Below, one piece after another: positions 1 to 12,849 of a DNA stretch of 56,561 nucleotides (within the stretch, counting starts at the first letter, position 1; each line of letters opens with the position of its first letter). Source of the DNA: Rhynchobatus australiae. Lineage: Eukaryota. A program made the translations under genes and the position numbers. Location: positions 42,704,756 to 42,761,316 of the forward strand of contig JAUZTB010000033.1 of the NCBI GenBank assembly GCA_034780895.1, in the 5' to 3' direction. A model generated the notes under the pieces. That model had not been told where the DNA came from. It saw only the letters and a list, made by a program, of their open reading frames with translations, and did no database searches.

Positions 1-867
1 GTTGAAAAAAATTATGGAGGAGGGAGGTTATGTGCCTGAGCAAATATTTAATGTGAACAAGACTGGCTTTTTTTGGAAAAAAAATGCCTGAAAGGACATA
101 CGTTTCAAAAGAGGAAAAAAAAAGCTCCAGGGCATAAGGCACCCAAGGATAGGCTAACGTTATTGCTTGGTGGTAACGCATCTGGGAATTTCAAGCTGAA
201 GCCTACGCTTGTGTATCGTTCTCTAAATCCGAGGGCACTTAGCAGAATCATCAAGGCATCTCTTCCCATTATTTGGAAGGCAAACACAAAGGCTCGGTTA
301 ACAAAAGCTCTCTTCCAAGATTGGTTCCTGAACTTTTTTGTTCCTGCTGCTGAATGTTATTGCTTGGCCAAGATGATTCCTTTCAAAATTCTCCTTGGGC
401 TTGACAACGCCCCTGCACATCCAAGCACTTTAGATGACCTTCGCACCTATGTAAAGGTTGTCTTTCTACCACCCAACACCACGTCACTACTTCAGCCGAT
501 GGATCAGGGAATCATAGCCTCCTTAAAGGCTTACTATTTACGCCGGACCTTCTCACGAGCAGTCAAGGTTGCGCAAGATGATGCAGTGACCTTAAAGGAG
601 TTCTGGAGAAATTGCAACGTCTACGATGGCATCAAAAACATTGCAGATTCTTGGGAGGAAGTGAAGAAAACCAACGTGAAAGGAGTCTGGAACAAATTGT
701 GCCCCAATTCACAGATGCTTTTAAAAAGTTTACAGCTGAGGACATCGCCAAAGCCAGGCAAGCTGTAGTCCATATTGGTAATAATCAACTGCAGTTAGAT
801 ATCAATGAAGATGATGTCTTAGAGTTGCTTGAATCCCCTGCTGAAGAACTGACCAATGAGGACCTTA
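1..867 (+). mobile_element. Tigger/pogo-family (Tc1/mariner superfamily) DDE_1 transposase, frameshifted relic cut by window start and an N gap
   Basis: Motifs EQIFNVNKTGFFWKK, KDRLTLLLGGNASG, LLGLDNAPAHP, FLPPNTTSLLQPMDQGII. There are 32 residues between the 2nd and 3rd catalytic D. Frameshifts occur in A-runs near 80 and 120 and again near 705; the first catalytic D is N. Confidence 0.92.
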
Positions 868-1459
868 NNNNNNNNNNNNNNNNNNNNNNNNNNNNNNNNN
901 NNNNNNNNNNNNNNNNNNNNNNNNNNNNNNNNNNNNNNNNNNNNNNNNNNNNNNNNNNNNNNNNNNNCCAATTAATAAAGTCATTTTAATTGTTAATTAA
1001 GGCTCCTTCTGATATGCAAGACATCATTTGGAACGAGAGTAAGTCTGAACCTTTAATCATTATCTTTTCTTTTCCATCCAAACAGTTTAAGAAATGTTTC
1101 TTTAATGTTTTTATACCAATACACACACAGAAACATTCTCTCTCTTAATTATAAACATTTGGCCGATTGACGCTAGATGTGAACTGTACGAAACTGTTCC
1201 GACTTGCATTCAAAATCGGGTTACGAACAGACTCAAAAACAGAACTAATCACTTGGTACCTACTGGGAAAAGGGAATAAATTCATCAACTGCAGAAGTAC
1301 TAATCTATTAAGACTATTCTTTGCACAATTCATCTCTTTTTTTTGTTGAGGGGAGCAGTACAAAATGGAAACAAATACAAAATAAATTCAGTTTATTCAC
1401 CAAACATCTTGTGCCGTGTCCACTTGTGAATCTTTTGTGAAGTCACTAGGAGGTGCTAT

Positions 1460-1530
1460 TGAGAGAACATGCAATCTCCACGCAGACGGCACCAGAGGTC
1501 AGGATTGAACCCAGGTTACAGTGCTACCAC
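1460..1530 (-). mobile_element. V-SINE 5' fragment
   Basis: gagaacatgcaatctccacgcagacggcaccagaggtcaggattgaacccagg is the reverse complement of a B-box plus V-domain start, similar to the copy at 12240-12581. Confidence 0.6.
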
Positions 1531-1905
1531 TCATGGACACAATTTGGGCCATTGCCTTATTTCTAATGCAGCTTAGTCCTGAGGCAACTTGGCAGTGAGT
1601 TTAGCTGTCCATCATTCAAATATGTCTGTGATTCTTGACAGTTTCCCTGCAATACTGGGAGATGATATAATATAGAATAACACTGATGATGCAAGTAGAT
1701 TTTCTCAACAAAAAATGCATTCAGGTTTCAACTATCTTTAATCTTCCTTAATATTGGTGTGTGTTGTTATCTATATTCTTTCATAGTTTAAGAAAGCATA
1801 TTTATTTATCTGAAATGAATCACAGTTCAGCGAGCCTCTTTGCTGCATGGTACCATCAATGACTTGTTTTTTCTCATAGGATGTATTTCATGTCCTAAAC
1901 TTAAG

Positions 1906-2121
1906 TTATTGGTCTTGGTTTATTATTGTCACTGGTACTGAGAGACAGTGAAACACTTGTCTTGCATACCGCTCGTACAGATCAATTCATTACACAATGC
2001 AGATACATTGAGGTGGTACAGAAGTGACATAGAATTTAAATTTAAAAGTGTAGAACGATTATAGTAAAAGTAATGAGTAGATCTGCAGAGAGCAGCTTGC
2101 CACACTCCGGCGCCATCTTGT
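1906..2121 (-). mobile_element. Non-LTR retrotransposon 3' end (same family as 18869-19145 and 41756-41835)
   Basis: Shared block ttggtttattattgtcact..gtac.gag..acagtgaaa.acttgtct.gcataccg.tcgtac; on the minus strand it reads ...gtgacaataataaacca. Clade uncertain (Rex1/Babar-like from memory). Confidence 0.7.
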
Positions 2122-2794
2122 TTNNNNNNNNNNAACCCAATTGAAAATCGGGTTAAAAAATAAATTGCAGAGGTCTACAGAAAGCAAGATTACGATTGTG
2201 ATTTGTTTTATAGGGGTTCATGCTGGGAAGCAATTACAGTTCATGACTTCGCATTCATTTAAATCTGTGGCTAATTTCGATACTAATTTAGAAGTTCCAG
2301 TTTGTATTTTTCCTCACATTCTGTGACCGTGCTGATGATGTTAAGACTGTACTTTGAAAGATATTGCAGGATGCACAATGGATGTCATTATAGGACTAAT
2401 ATAATGGCTTATTTTGTTGTTCTATCACCTAATTCTTTGGGCATGCTTCTCTTCTCTCATGCTTTGTGATTACAAGGAAATTAGAATGACTTCTGTGAGA
2501 TAGCAGCCAGAGAATAGAGGAATATGAGGCAGTCAAAGACATGTTCTCCGACAGAGCAAATATTAAGTAGCGTAATCTGAATGTTTACTTGTCATTTGAA
2601 CCTCAGAGGATATTCAGACTTCCTGTTTTAATTGACGTTCCTTATGTTGTAATTGTAATAATGTGCAAATGAAATATTTAAAATGAATTTTTTTTTAAAT
2701 CATAATTTTTCTTTTAGATCGAACCACAGAAGTTGCCTTGAAAGAATACATGTCAGCCAGAGCTAACTGTCAATGCTATAATTTCATCCCACAG

Positions 2795-2949
2795 GCCCAA
2801 ATGCTATTTCTGTCAGTTTGTCCCCGATGGGCAAGTATGTGATGGTCGGCCTGGCCTCCCGGCGAATCCTGCTGCACCCCTCCACTGAGCATATGGTGGC
2901 CCAAGTCTTCCGGCTGCAGCAACCCCATGGTGGAGAAACCTCGATGAGG
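2795..2949 (+). CDS. AMBRA1: AMBRA1 internal coding exon A (155 nt, phase 1 to 0), C-terminal WD40 region
   Basis: Acceptor atttcatcccacag with branch-like gctaac upstream; donor AGG|gtgagt. Translates (G)[51 protein letters not shown], which I recognise as near-identical to vertebrate AMBRA1. Not in the ORF track. Confidence 0.97.
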
Positions 2950-3353
2950 GTGAGTGTTACCCTGTTAGCTGCCTAACGTATTACCAGCAGGAAAAACAGC
3001 AAGAATCTTTTTGCCTCTTGACAACAGCGTGTTTTACAGTAATGATTGACTGGCTGTCGTCGTAGCAATTGCACTTATTTCCAAATCATTGCTGCGTGCA
3101 TACCGTTGAGAGATGGATCGGAGCCGTGGCCACCTTAACTTTGGAAATTTCATGGAGTACACTGATGTAGTGTCCTTTTTCAATATGACCTCTAAAGATC
3201 CTATTTGTCATCGGTTCCAAAGACTACCCATATGAAAGGTCCAATCATTTGAGCACCTGCAGAAGAGCAGGGAAATCTGCAGCGGAACCAACACCTATCC
3301 TGTTTACGATTGCCAAAGCCCCCAGGTGAATCAGCAACTTTGTCCCATTGATA

Positions 3354-3509
3354 GGCGGCACGATAACGTAGCGGTTAGCGTGATGCTATTACAGCGCCAG
3401 CGATCAGGGTTCGATTCCCGTCGCTGTCTGTCAGGAGTTTGTACGTTCTCCCGTGTCTGCGTGGGTTTCCTCCGGGTGCTCTGGTTTCCTCCCACATTCC
3501 AAAGACGTA
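3354..3509 (+). mobile_element. tRNA-derived V-SINE (HE1-like), truncated by N gap
   Basis: Pol III A-box-like tagcggttag and B-box ggttcgattccc, followed by the V-domain ggagtttgtacgttctcccgtgtctgcgtgggtttcctccgggtgctctggtttcctcccaca. Confidence 0.9.
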
Positions 3510-6052
3510 NNNNNNNNNNNNNNNNNNNNNNNNNNNNNNNNNNNNNNNNNNNNNNNNNNNNNNNNNNNNNNNNNNNNNNNNNNNNNNNNNNNNNNNNNNN
3601 NNNNNNNNNTTTGAAAAAAATTAAATTTAACATCAACATACACGAGGATATAATATCAAACTAAATAGTTTTCAGTGAAAGGGTGAAGCAGTTTAGATTA
3701 AGTCTGCCATCGAGTCTTGGGAAAACTAAGATTAGTGTTCCTTCCCAATACGTAGACAAATGTACTTGCGGGGGTTCAAGGTATAGAATTTGCTGAGAAA
3801 GTGGAGTTGAGGTCAAATATCATCGTTGATCTTCGTTGATTTGCTTGATGGGTGGCATGGTCTACTCCAATGTCCTGTGCACAATCTGACAACTGAATGA
3901 TACGGTGCATTAAAGATTCCTTCACGTGAAATCAAAATCCTAAAGTGCACTTCAGAACGTTTATTGAACTTTGTTGAAAACTCAAAGCTTTTAGCGAATC
4001 ACAATGACAGTGAAGGCCACCTTTTGGTGCTATTGAAGTAAAAAAAATCACGAACTAAGCACTCTTTCAAGAAAGGTATAAGAGATTGTGGTCTTACGAT
4101 ATATCTGAGGCGAATACAAGTTGAGGGAAGAAGGGGTGAGAGCGTAAAGGGATTGAAAGCAGAATTTTAGTTTTGAAGCATTGCTTAATTAATGAACTGT
4201 AGAGGTTAAGCAGCACAGGATGATGTGTGAATGGGATTTATAGTGAACTGGGGCACATCAGGGTCCCATCCTTCCTGTCGTGTGGCAACTAGAACTGTAT
4301 ATCTGATTTAAAAATGAAATCTTAGATATCCGAGAAGGATATAATTGAATTATTTGAATGCTGGATTTAGAAGAAGAAATATGCGGTAATGTGATTAAAT
4401 ATTTTAATTGATTAAGTGACCGGATGCACTCAGCTTCGGATATTGTTACGGATCAAGATGATTCGATTGGAAGTTGTGCCCATCAAATCTTATCAGCAAA
4501 AGTTTAGAATGGATACAAGGAAGAATTTCCTTTTTTCAGAAAGTCGTTGTTCTCTAGGACAGTGATTTGTAGGGAATCTCTAGAGTCCTTTGAAAGAGGA
4601 CTTGATAAGCTCCTGGAAGGTATTTCCAATTGTCAGAAATATGTCGCTAGTTAGTCGTCATTGAAATGAATCTGGGAATTCTTGGCTGAAAGCACGTCTG
4701 AGCATTCTTAAGGGAAACTTCCCAAAGTTGCCCCTCAGTTGGCTGCAAGCCCCAGCAGTGTGCCGTGAAAGAAAGTTGCTGGGTGTGGTTTGCTGGACTG
4801 TGGGGAGACTGAATGAATCCTTGTCAAATGTTTGTGGTTGATTTCATTAGACAATTGATTGCATTGCAAAGTTAAAAACAGGTATATTCAAATATTCAGA
4901 ACTAAAATTTTCAACCACCCTAAAGCTCTTAAGGGTAATGGCATTTATTAGCTTAATCCACAGAATGTGCTTAATTTGCTACTAAAAATCGGTCAGGACC
5001 TGTATATGATATTTGGGGCTTTTGACCAAAAAGTAATTTTTGGTGTTAAGTTTAATTAAGCTTGTCTGTTAAAGCTATGATTAGAACTTATTCCAAATGG
5101 TTTTCTCCATAACCTCACAAAAGCTTATCAAATTTGAGCAAACCAAAAAGTAATTAATTATTCAGAAATATCTCTTTCAAATACTGCAGTGATTGGTTTA
5201 TACTTCCCTGGAAATTTCAATTTAAGTTCCTCAAAAGTCTGCAAATGTATCTGGAAGATGAAGGCTTCTGACTGTGACATGAACAGAAAGAAATGAAAAT
5301 GGAATGCTATAAATGTAACTAGATTATAAATTCAAGTAGAACCTACTTCATCATCGTCAACCTTGAGGCAAGAAATTTTTGACAGTATTGGAACTCTCTA
5401 ATGATTGCTAAATCGGATAAATATTATGTTGGGAATTCATTTTGCCAGAACTGAAATCTTACATAGTGTGCACCTGTATCCCTTTGATTTTGTGTGCAAG
5501 CTCTTGCCTTTCATTTATGCTTATGTTGAAAGTAGTAGGGATCTCTCACCTATAAATGGACTCAGCATCATTTTGAAAACTTTCTCTTGGTTGGCTGGAG
5601 TTCCAAAGACTCTTGTGTATTGGTGTCAGGGCTGTGCAAGATGAAGTTCAGATAAGAAAACAGCATTCACAGTCTGTCATTGACTCCTTCGTTACATGTA
5701 CATAGTTATTACCGTGCAGCCTCAGAACAATAACTTGTATTTGCTTAACTTTTAAAAAAAAATCGTTTTGATGATTTAATTGTGTAATCTACCAAACATT
5801 TTTACCACTGGAAGCTGAAATCTGAGATTGCAAATATAATTCGTATGAAGCAAAATGTGTAAGGGAACCAGTGGGCAGAAAGAGTATCAAGAAAGGTAAA
5901 CAGATAGGGGAGAAAAAAGTGGGACAGCCGAAAACAGTGATGTGTACGTGCTGTAAGAGGAATGTAAACCTAATTTTGGAAAGGGGATGGATTGAAGGTT
6001 AAGGATATTGGTGTAGTGACAGTGGAATGAGAAGTAGGACTTGAGGCTGATG

Positions 6053-8597
6053 AAATCATCGCATCACAGAAATGTACAGCACGAAAACCAGCCCTTTCTG
6101 TCCACCTTGTCCATGCTGACTGCAATGCCTGTCTATGCTAATTCCATTTGCCTGCATTAGGCCTGTATCTGTCAGCTGACTTCCTTGCCATGCACCTGTT
6201 CAAGTATCTTTTTAAATGTTGAAATAGTATCTGCCTCCACTGCCACCTCCAGCAAGCTCGTTCCAGATATTCACCATCCATTGGGCAGAAATCCTCACCC
6301 CTCAGATCTTTAAATTTCTCCCCTCACACCTTAAATCCATCACCTCTAGTTCTCAGCTCCCCTGTCATTCTGACTATCTATCCTATTTATGCCGCTCATA
6401 ATTTTGTAAACCTCTATAAGGTCGCTTATCAACCTCCTACATTTCTGTGAGAATAAACCCAGCCCATCTTTCCTTATAACTACAGCCTTCTGTTGCAAAT
6501 TTGATGAAGCACGTGAAAAAAAATATACAAGACGATAATTTGCCCAACAACAACATTGCTTTATTAATCGCAATTATCCTTTCAGTTACCAACAGTTTGA
6601 AGACTCTATACTTGGATTCAGATATTACCCACCCTAGGTGAACCTGGCCAGGATTCGATGCTATGGATTCTTCTCCGAGTCCCTGACTCAGGGTTGTCTT
6701 CTGCAGTGGGGTTGGTCTCTGGAGTTATTGCTGTCGGTTATCCTGTGAGGTTCTTTTATACATTCCTCTGTATCTGTCCCAGACATAACCTGGTTCTTTT
6801 CTACCAACTATGTTGCTATAAGTCTACTTCTTTCCACAGATGTACTTGTTTCTTTAACCTCTTCAAATTCCTGCTGGTGCTGTTCCATAATCACAGAATT
6901 GGTTGTTAAACTGATTATCAGGATGTCTGCACATCTGCAATACATCAGATTGTCCATTACAATATATTTTCTTATCAGAATATCCTTATCTTGTTGCCTG
7001 CACTCATAGTCAACTCGTGGAGCTGTGTCAGCAGTGGTTCTGCTATTTTCTCTCAGTNNNNNNNNNNNNNNNNNNNNNNNNNNNNNNNNNNNNNNNNNNN
7101 NNNNNNNNNNNNNNNNNNNNNNNNNNNNNNNNNNNNNNNNNNNNNNNNNNNNNNNNNACCGGATGTCGATCAGATGACCATGCTCAACTATGCTTCTCTG
7201 CTCGTGGCTGTTTGCCACACCTCCTTTCTCGTGAATCTCCTCGACACTCTCTCTATTGCGACTACATCCTTCCTGCAGTGTGGCAGCCAGAACTGCACAC
7301 GGTCCTGTACGGGCAGGGGAACCGATGTTTTGAATAGCGGTAAAATGACCTCCCGACTTTCATACTCAATGCCTTGACCTACAAAACAAGCACACCAAGT
7401 ACCGTTTTCGCTATCTTATCCACCTGTGTCACCACTTCCAGGGAGCTACAGACTTGCACCCCAGATTCTGCGTACATCAATGCTTCTGAGGCCCCGGCCA
7501 TTTGCCCTAAATGCCCTACCAGAATTTCACTTTCCAAGTGCATTACCTCACACTTTCCGGATTACATTCCATAAGCCACCGCTCCGTCCGACTTTCCAGC
7601 TTATCTATGTCCTGCTGTATCTTTAAACGACCTTCTTCGTTATCTTTGACTCCACCAGATTTTGTGTTGTCTGCAAACTTAGTAATCAAACATCCCCTCA
7701 TTCTCATCCAAGTCATGCATTTATATCTTGAACGACGAAGGTCCAGCACTGATCGCCACGGTACATCATTTATTACAGACCTCCAGTCAGAGAATGATCC
7801 ATCCACCACCACCCTCTACCTCCAAACACCCAGCTGGCTTTGAATCCAGTTTACCAATATGCCTTGGATCCCTTGTGCTTTCACTTTCTGGACTAACCTA
7901 CCATATGGAATCTTGTCAAAAGCCATATAGACAACATCTACCGGCCTGCGTTCAATTCTTCTCGTTACCTCCTCAAAAAAACTCAATCACTTTGAGCCAT
8001 GACCTCCCCCACACAAAATTGTGCTGACTCCTGCATCTCTCCCTGCCTTTCAACGTGCATGTAAATCCTGTCCCTCGGTATCTTGTCTAACAGCCTTCCC
8101 CCCCACTGATACGAGGCTCACCAGCCTGTAGTTTCCAGGCTTATCCCTACTACCCTTGCAGAACAGAGGAACGACATTAGCTCCAGTCTTCGGGGACCTC
8201 ACCCGTGGCTAACGATGATGCAAAGAGCCCCAGCAGTCTCCTCCCTGCCTTCATCTTAGCATCTTGGGGATTTATCCACCCTAATGTGCTCCAATATTTC
8301 TCACACTTCCTCCTTCCCAATACAAACAGGGACCTGGTCCTTTCTTAGCTCTTGCTTCAAATTGATTATGAGGTTTTAGGATTTTCCTTAATCCTACTTG
8401 GCAAAGGCACCTTTTAACTCCGAATTTCTTCAGTTTTCTCTCTCTCCCCTATAAAACTCAAGTAACTCATTTGATACCAATTTCCTATAGCTAACATACA
8501 CTTCCTTCTTTTCCCCAATCAAACCTTCAACATCCTTCATTAACCAAGGTTCCCTGAACTTACCGTCTTTGCCTCTTACCTTTACCGGGACTTGCTG
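6053..8597 (-). mobile_element. CR1 LINE ORF2 (RT) and 3' end, decayed, interrupted by a solo LTR at 6491-7219
   Basis: Minus-strand peptides VVDGSFSDWRSVINDVP, ITKFADNTK, LGLFS..RRLISDLIEVYKIMSGI and VPVKVRGKDGKFREPW are CR1 ORF2 hallmarks. The CR1 sequence resumes collinearly on both sides of the insert. Confidence 0.9.
6491..7219 (-). mobile_element. Probable solo LTR nested in CR1 (contains a 100-N gap)
   Basis: Ends TGTTGCAAA ... TTTGCCACA (TG..CA, 8/9 inverted match). Flanks ccttc / cctcc form an imperfect TSD. Minus strand has TATAAAA at 6754-6760 and AATAAA at 6560-6565 in LTR order. Confidence 0.75.
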
Positions 8598-9649
8598 NNN
8601 NNNNNNNNNNNNNNNNNNNNNNNNNNNNNNNNNNNNNNNNNNNNNNNNNNNNNNNNNNNNNNNNNNCCTCATAGTTACTAAGAGATGGTTAATTGTGAGT
8701 ACGCTATTTAATCCATTTGTTGAAACTCTGTAAAAGACAACAGGGGAGCATCCTTCACTGTGTGCTCCGAAAGGTATTGCAGCTATCAAGTACATTACGT
8801 AACTGTAGCAGCAAAATAATCAGCTTCTACAAATTGATGACACATTTTATGCTTCCTTTAATTAGTTGGAATTGTCTGCCGTCCTATAAAATTGAAGGAA
8901 TCATCTGTAATTGTGGATGCTTTTGTATTTGCTGCTTCATGCCTACTCCATGCAACGGAGCAGCTGCTCAAAGCTCATAAACGTGGGCATTTTTGCACAG
9001 GGCGATACCGGCCGTACATTGAGATCAGCTGTCCACCGTCCTCGGGACGGTTTTCTGATTCCACCGCCTTGCTAATGCCATTGAATATTTCACACGAGAT
9101 ATCTGTTCTCAGCACCCACTGAGCAGCAGTTTTTGACAGAAGACAAGAGAATGATGATTGCAGTGGATTAATTTTATTGAAATGCTGCTGATTGAACCGT
9201 CCTTCTCTTTTACTAATCTATAGTGCTTCGAAGTGACAGCTACACCAAAAAAAAGGCTCACCGTTATATTGATAATAGCTGTCATTTCAAATAATTTTAT
9301 ATAGTGCATGATCCAAGGCAGAGGAGTGAGATTTAAGTTTATGTTGGGGGTATTGGTTGAAAGAGCCAAGTCATTATCAGAGCACAAGGCAAACTGCATA
9401 TATCAACGGCTGATGTGGGTTCATCAGCAAACCACCTGACCTACCAGAGGAGACACGTGGCCTCTTTCTAAAACATCCCACTTTATCCATCAGTGGAGTG
9501 CGTGGGTGGAAGGTGTGATGCTCTTTCACGTTCCGGTTAGTTGATACCTTCGATATTGTTTACAGTTGCAGTCACTGCATTAGAGGGAGCACGAATTGAC
9601 CTCGAAGGGACCGCAGCATGGAGTCACCAGAATAACAAAGAATTTTGAA

Positions 9650-10020
9650 TTCTCGGTCACAGCTTGTTTTCTTGAATACAGAACATTAAAGGATTATGTA
9701 ATGGAAGTGTTTAGGATGATTAAAGAATTTTGTAAAATAGAAAGCATGACTATTTCCTCCTGCAGCATCGACAGCAAGGGAACGTGATAAAATTGAACAG
9801 TGCTATTCAGAGGCTACAAGTGAAAATTTCCCTCTCCTTTCCTATCCACCGCCACCCAAACTTGGTTAAAACTTCAAATGAAATTAATAGTTTTTTGTGA
9901 AATAGGTTATTGAGGGACATAGACCAATAGCAGGCAGATGGATTTGAGATGCAAATTGGCCATGATCAAATTGAGTGCAAATGCCTCAAGTGGTTGAAAG
10001 GTGGACTCCAGTTCCCACGA
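9650..10020 (+). mobile_element. Highly decayed CR1 3' fragment
   Basis: Peptide ..EVFRMIKEF.. and 3' UTR-like gcaaattggccatgatcaaattgagtg...tggactccagttcc. Confidence 0.5.
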
Positions 10021-12239
10021 GGGTCAAGCTGTATTACGCGCTTAAGTCTTGTTGCGGAAATTGAACCCAGTCAACTCAAAGGCAGCGTGGCCGGAACTAA
10101 AACGTGCTGTTCACGGATTTTTCCGTCAGAGTTGCTCCAGAGAATGCGTGGTTTTGAGATGGCTGATGTGACTCGCCCCTCCCGTGGCTATGGTGATGGG
10201 CTCATCAATTATTTAAGTAGTAAGCAAACAATTTTTGCTGTGCCCCACTTCTGCGAGATAGATTTTTACTGCCCGTACCACCCTGCACCACCTCAAAATT
10301 TCAAGCATTAAATAACAATATTCCTTTATGTGACTGCATCTCCTTCTAACTCCACCATGCCTCCCAGGCTGAAGAACTAAGGATTGTACAGTATCCTTCC
10401 CAAACAGCAGTTTGATGCAAAAGCCAAACACTCGATGGGTTCTCCAGTGCTGGCATTCCGAATGGTTGCAACAAAAAGTAATGAGCCGCAGGTCAAAATG
10501 AGCACAGGAAACACAAGCTTTCCCTTTCTCCTAGCAATTGTAGCTGTTTGTATTATTTTGACCGCGTTCTAATTGCGAAATAATTGAACAGTGCTGAAGC
10601 TTGCCGACGTACTGAATTGTGTCCATTGAAAATAGTGTCCAACCAACAAAAAATAGAATTTTGATGAATTTTGCTCACATTAAATGAAAGGAAGTGTTGG
10701 AGATAAGGGAAGGCACAATGATCTTTAAACTCTGAGAATGGGCCAGGCTTTGTGTGAGTACGCTATATTCCTAGCTTGACTTGTATCCTTCATGGCTGTT
10801 TTTGTTCACATTATTCTATAAGTGTGTGCTGGGAACATTTGTTGCTTTGGTCATTTGTATTATTCTGAGTTAACGTAGTTGATTGATAAAGTTGTCTATA
10901 GATCGTGGCATAAAGCAGCTGAACTGATAAATATATTGGTGACAATGAATTTACTGGTTGATTCATTGTTTGCTTGTATATCCAAAGAGCCTGTATTCAA
11001 CTCCAGCCATCAAAAGGTTAACATTTTACTAAATACTATGTTTGTTATTATGTTTTTGAGGAAAATAGTATCACTGAGTGAAATTCAAAGTATATGATGT
11101 ACCCAACAGCATTTGATCAGCAAAATATGCAAATTGCAGGCATGATTCACTTCCCTTAAGAGTTCTTCTAAATAGTGGAAACCATGGAGACTAATGAGTG
11201 CTATTAAAAACATTAATCTGAGGATTGTTTACCAAGGTAAGGATTTGGAATCCGCTAAAAAGCATTAAAATTCATAAGCACCCACTGCTAAATGTAATGG
11301 TGCTGCGTACTTTTACACTGAGTAAACTAATGCTTCAACGAATGCAGCATTGGGGATGTGATCCATGTGAATTCTGAAAAGGAAAGAGAGGACCGGAGAT
11401 CAAAGTAATTTAGGAGAGCAGATATTACTTTGTGAACTAGACAAGTTGAAGGTTTGCTTTTCATTCTCATTCCTGACCCCTTTTTGGCTCTCAGTTGGCG
11501 CAGGTTCTGAAAGATCGATAGATGAAATGATTAAATATGCAAGTTGATTATCGGAGAACTTCAGTCAATTTATACGTACATTGTATGAACTTTATACATT
11601 ATAGTAACTATATACAGCATAATGGAAGTTACTTTGTTGTATATACATCTACGCCTATCGCATGTGCAAATGTTATTGTGCCACCTTCTGTGGTGTATAA
11701 TTGAATCAATGGAATTGATTGTTTAAGACAGAATTGGAGAGTTAGCAGTGTTCCTCCTCCTCTTGGGCCGAGCTTGGATCCTGGCCCAAGAGACTGAGGA
11801 TTCACGTGAAGGGATAGCCTGCGATGCTGATGTTTGCGGAGTATCTTACCGTAGATTTCCGGATCTGCCTGTTGTTTTTGAAAACGTAGCAGGGTTTTGT
11901 ATACGTGATCCTTTCCTAATTTTTCTGGCTCATTTACCATGCATTCCCAGAGCACTCTTTTTTTTTTGTTGCTGTGCAGATTTTTGCTGTTCCTCATCAA
12001 ATTTGGAGTCTGACCTTATGCCTCGTTTGGCTGAACAGGCCTCGTTTCCCAAACCCTTTTCCAGTATTATTGCCACCTCTCTGACCTTGCTTCTGGACGT
12101 TACCTCTAAATAAACCTTTTTCTCAAATAATACTTTCCCTGTGCTTATTTGAACTCAAGTCGGTGATGAGTGGGGTGAATTTCCTTTAAGACTGGTTTTG
12201 GTAGACTGAAGGTGAATATTTAATTCAATGGCACTAGTT

Positions 12240-12581
12240 GTCAAGAAATGGAGCAGGTCTTTTGGCCCACAGAGTCTGCACCGATCATCAGGCACCAATA
12301 TTTGCATTAAGGCTGCCTGAACCCGTTTTATTCTCCCGAGATTTCTATCGTCTCCCCGCAGATTCTACCACTCATCTACACACCAGGAGCAATTTGCAGT
12401 GGCCATTTGACCTACCACTCCGCAAATTTTGGAACGTGTGGGGAAACCGGAGCACCTGGGGGAAGCTCGCACAGTCACAGAATGTGCAAGCCCCCACACA
12501 GCCAGCACCGGAGGTCAGGACTGAACGTGGTCACTGGTGCTGTGAAGCAGGAGTTCTACCTGCTGCTCCACTGGGCTGCCC
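12240..12581 (-). mobile_element. V-SINE, near full length
   Basis: gtgggggaaaccggagcacctgggggaag..cacagtcacagaatgtgcaagcccccacacagccagcaccggaggtcaggactgaac is the reverse complement of V-domain plus tRNA head. Confidence 0.85.
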
Positions 12582-12849
12582 TGTTCAGAACAGATGTTCT
12601 GTAACAAGTGTGAGTCACAGAGGAGCTGATATGTGGCTGAGCTGTTAGCTCTACCCTCCGTCATCATCGTCACCAGGGCTACTATCGTTGCTCCAACTGC
12701 TTACTGGGATCAAAGATTACGAAGCCGAGTCAAAGGAGCATAGTAGAGAGGCTGCTTCAACCTTGGAATTGGGGGGAGAACAAGTGCTTCCGGTGTTCTC
12801 TATCTGCTGATCTGGTCCATCTTGTTGAAGGACCTACGCTACAAAGAAC

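Noticed and set aside
3354-3425. tRNA-like A/B boxes
   Set aside because: Directly followed by the V-SINE core and no full cloverleaf; this is a SINE head, not a tRNA gene.
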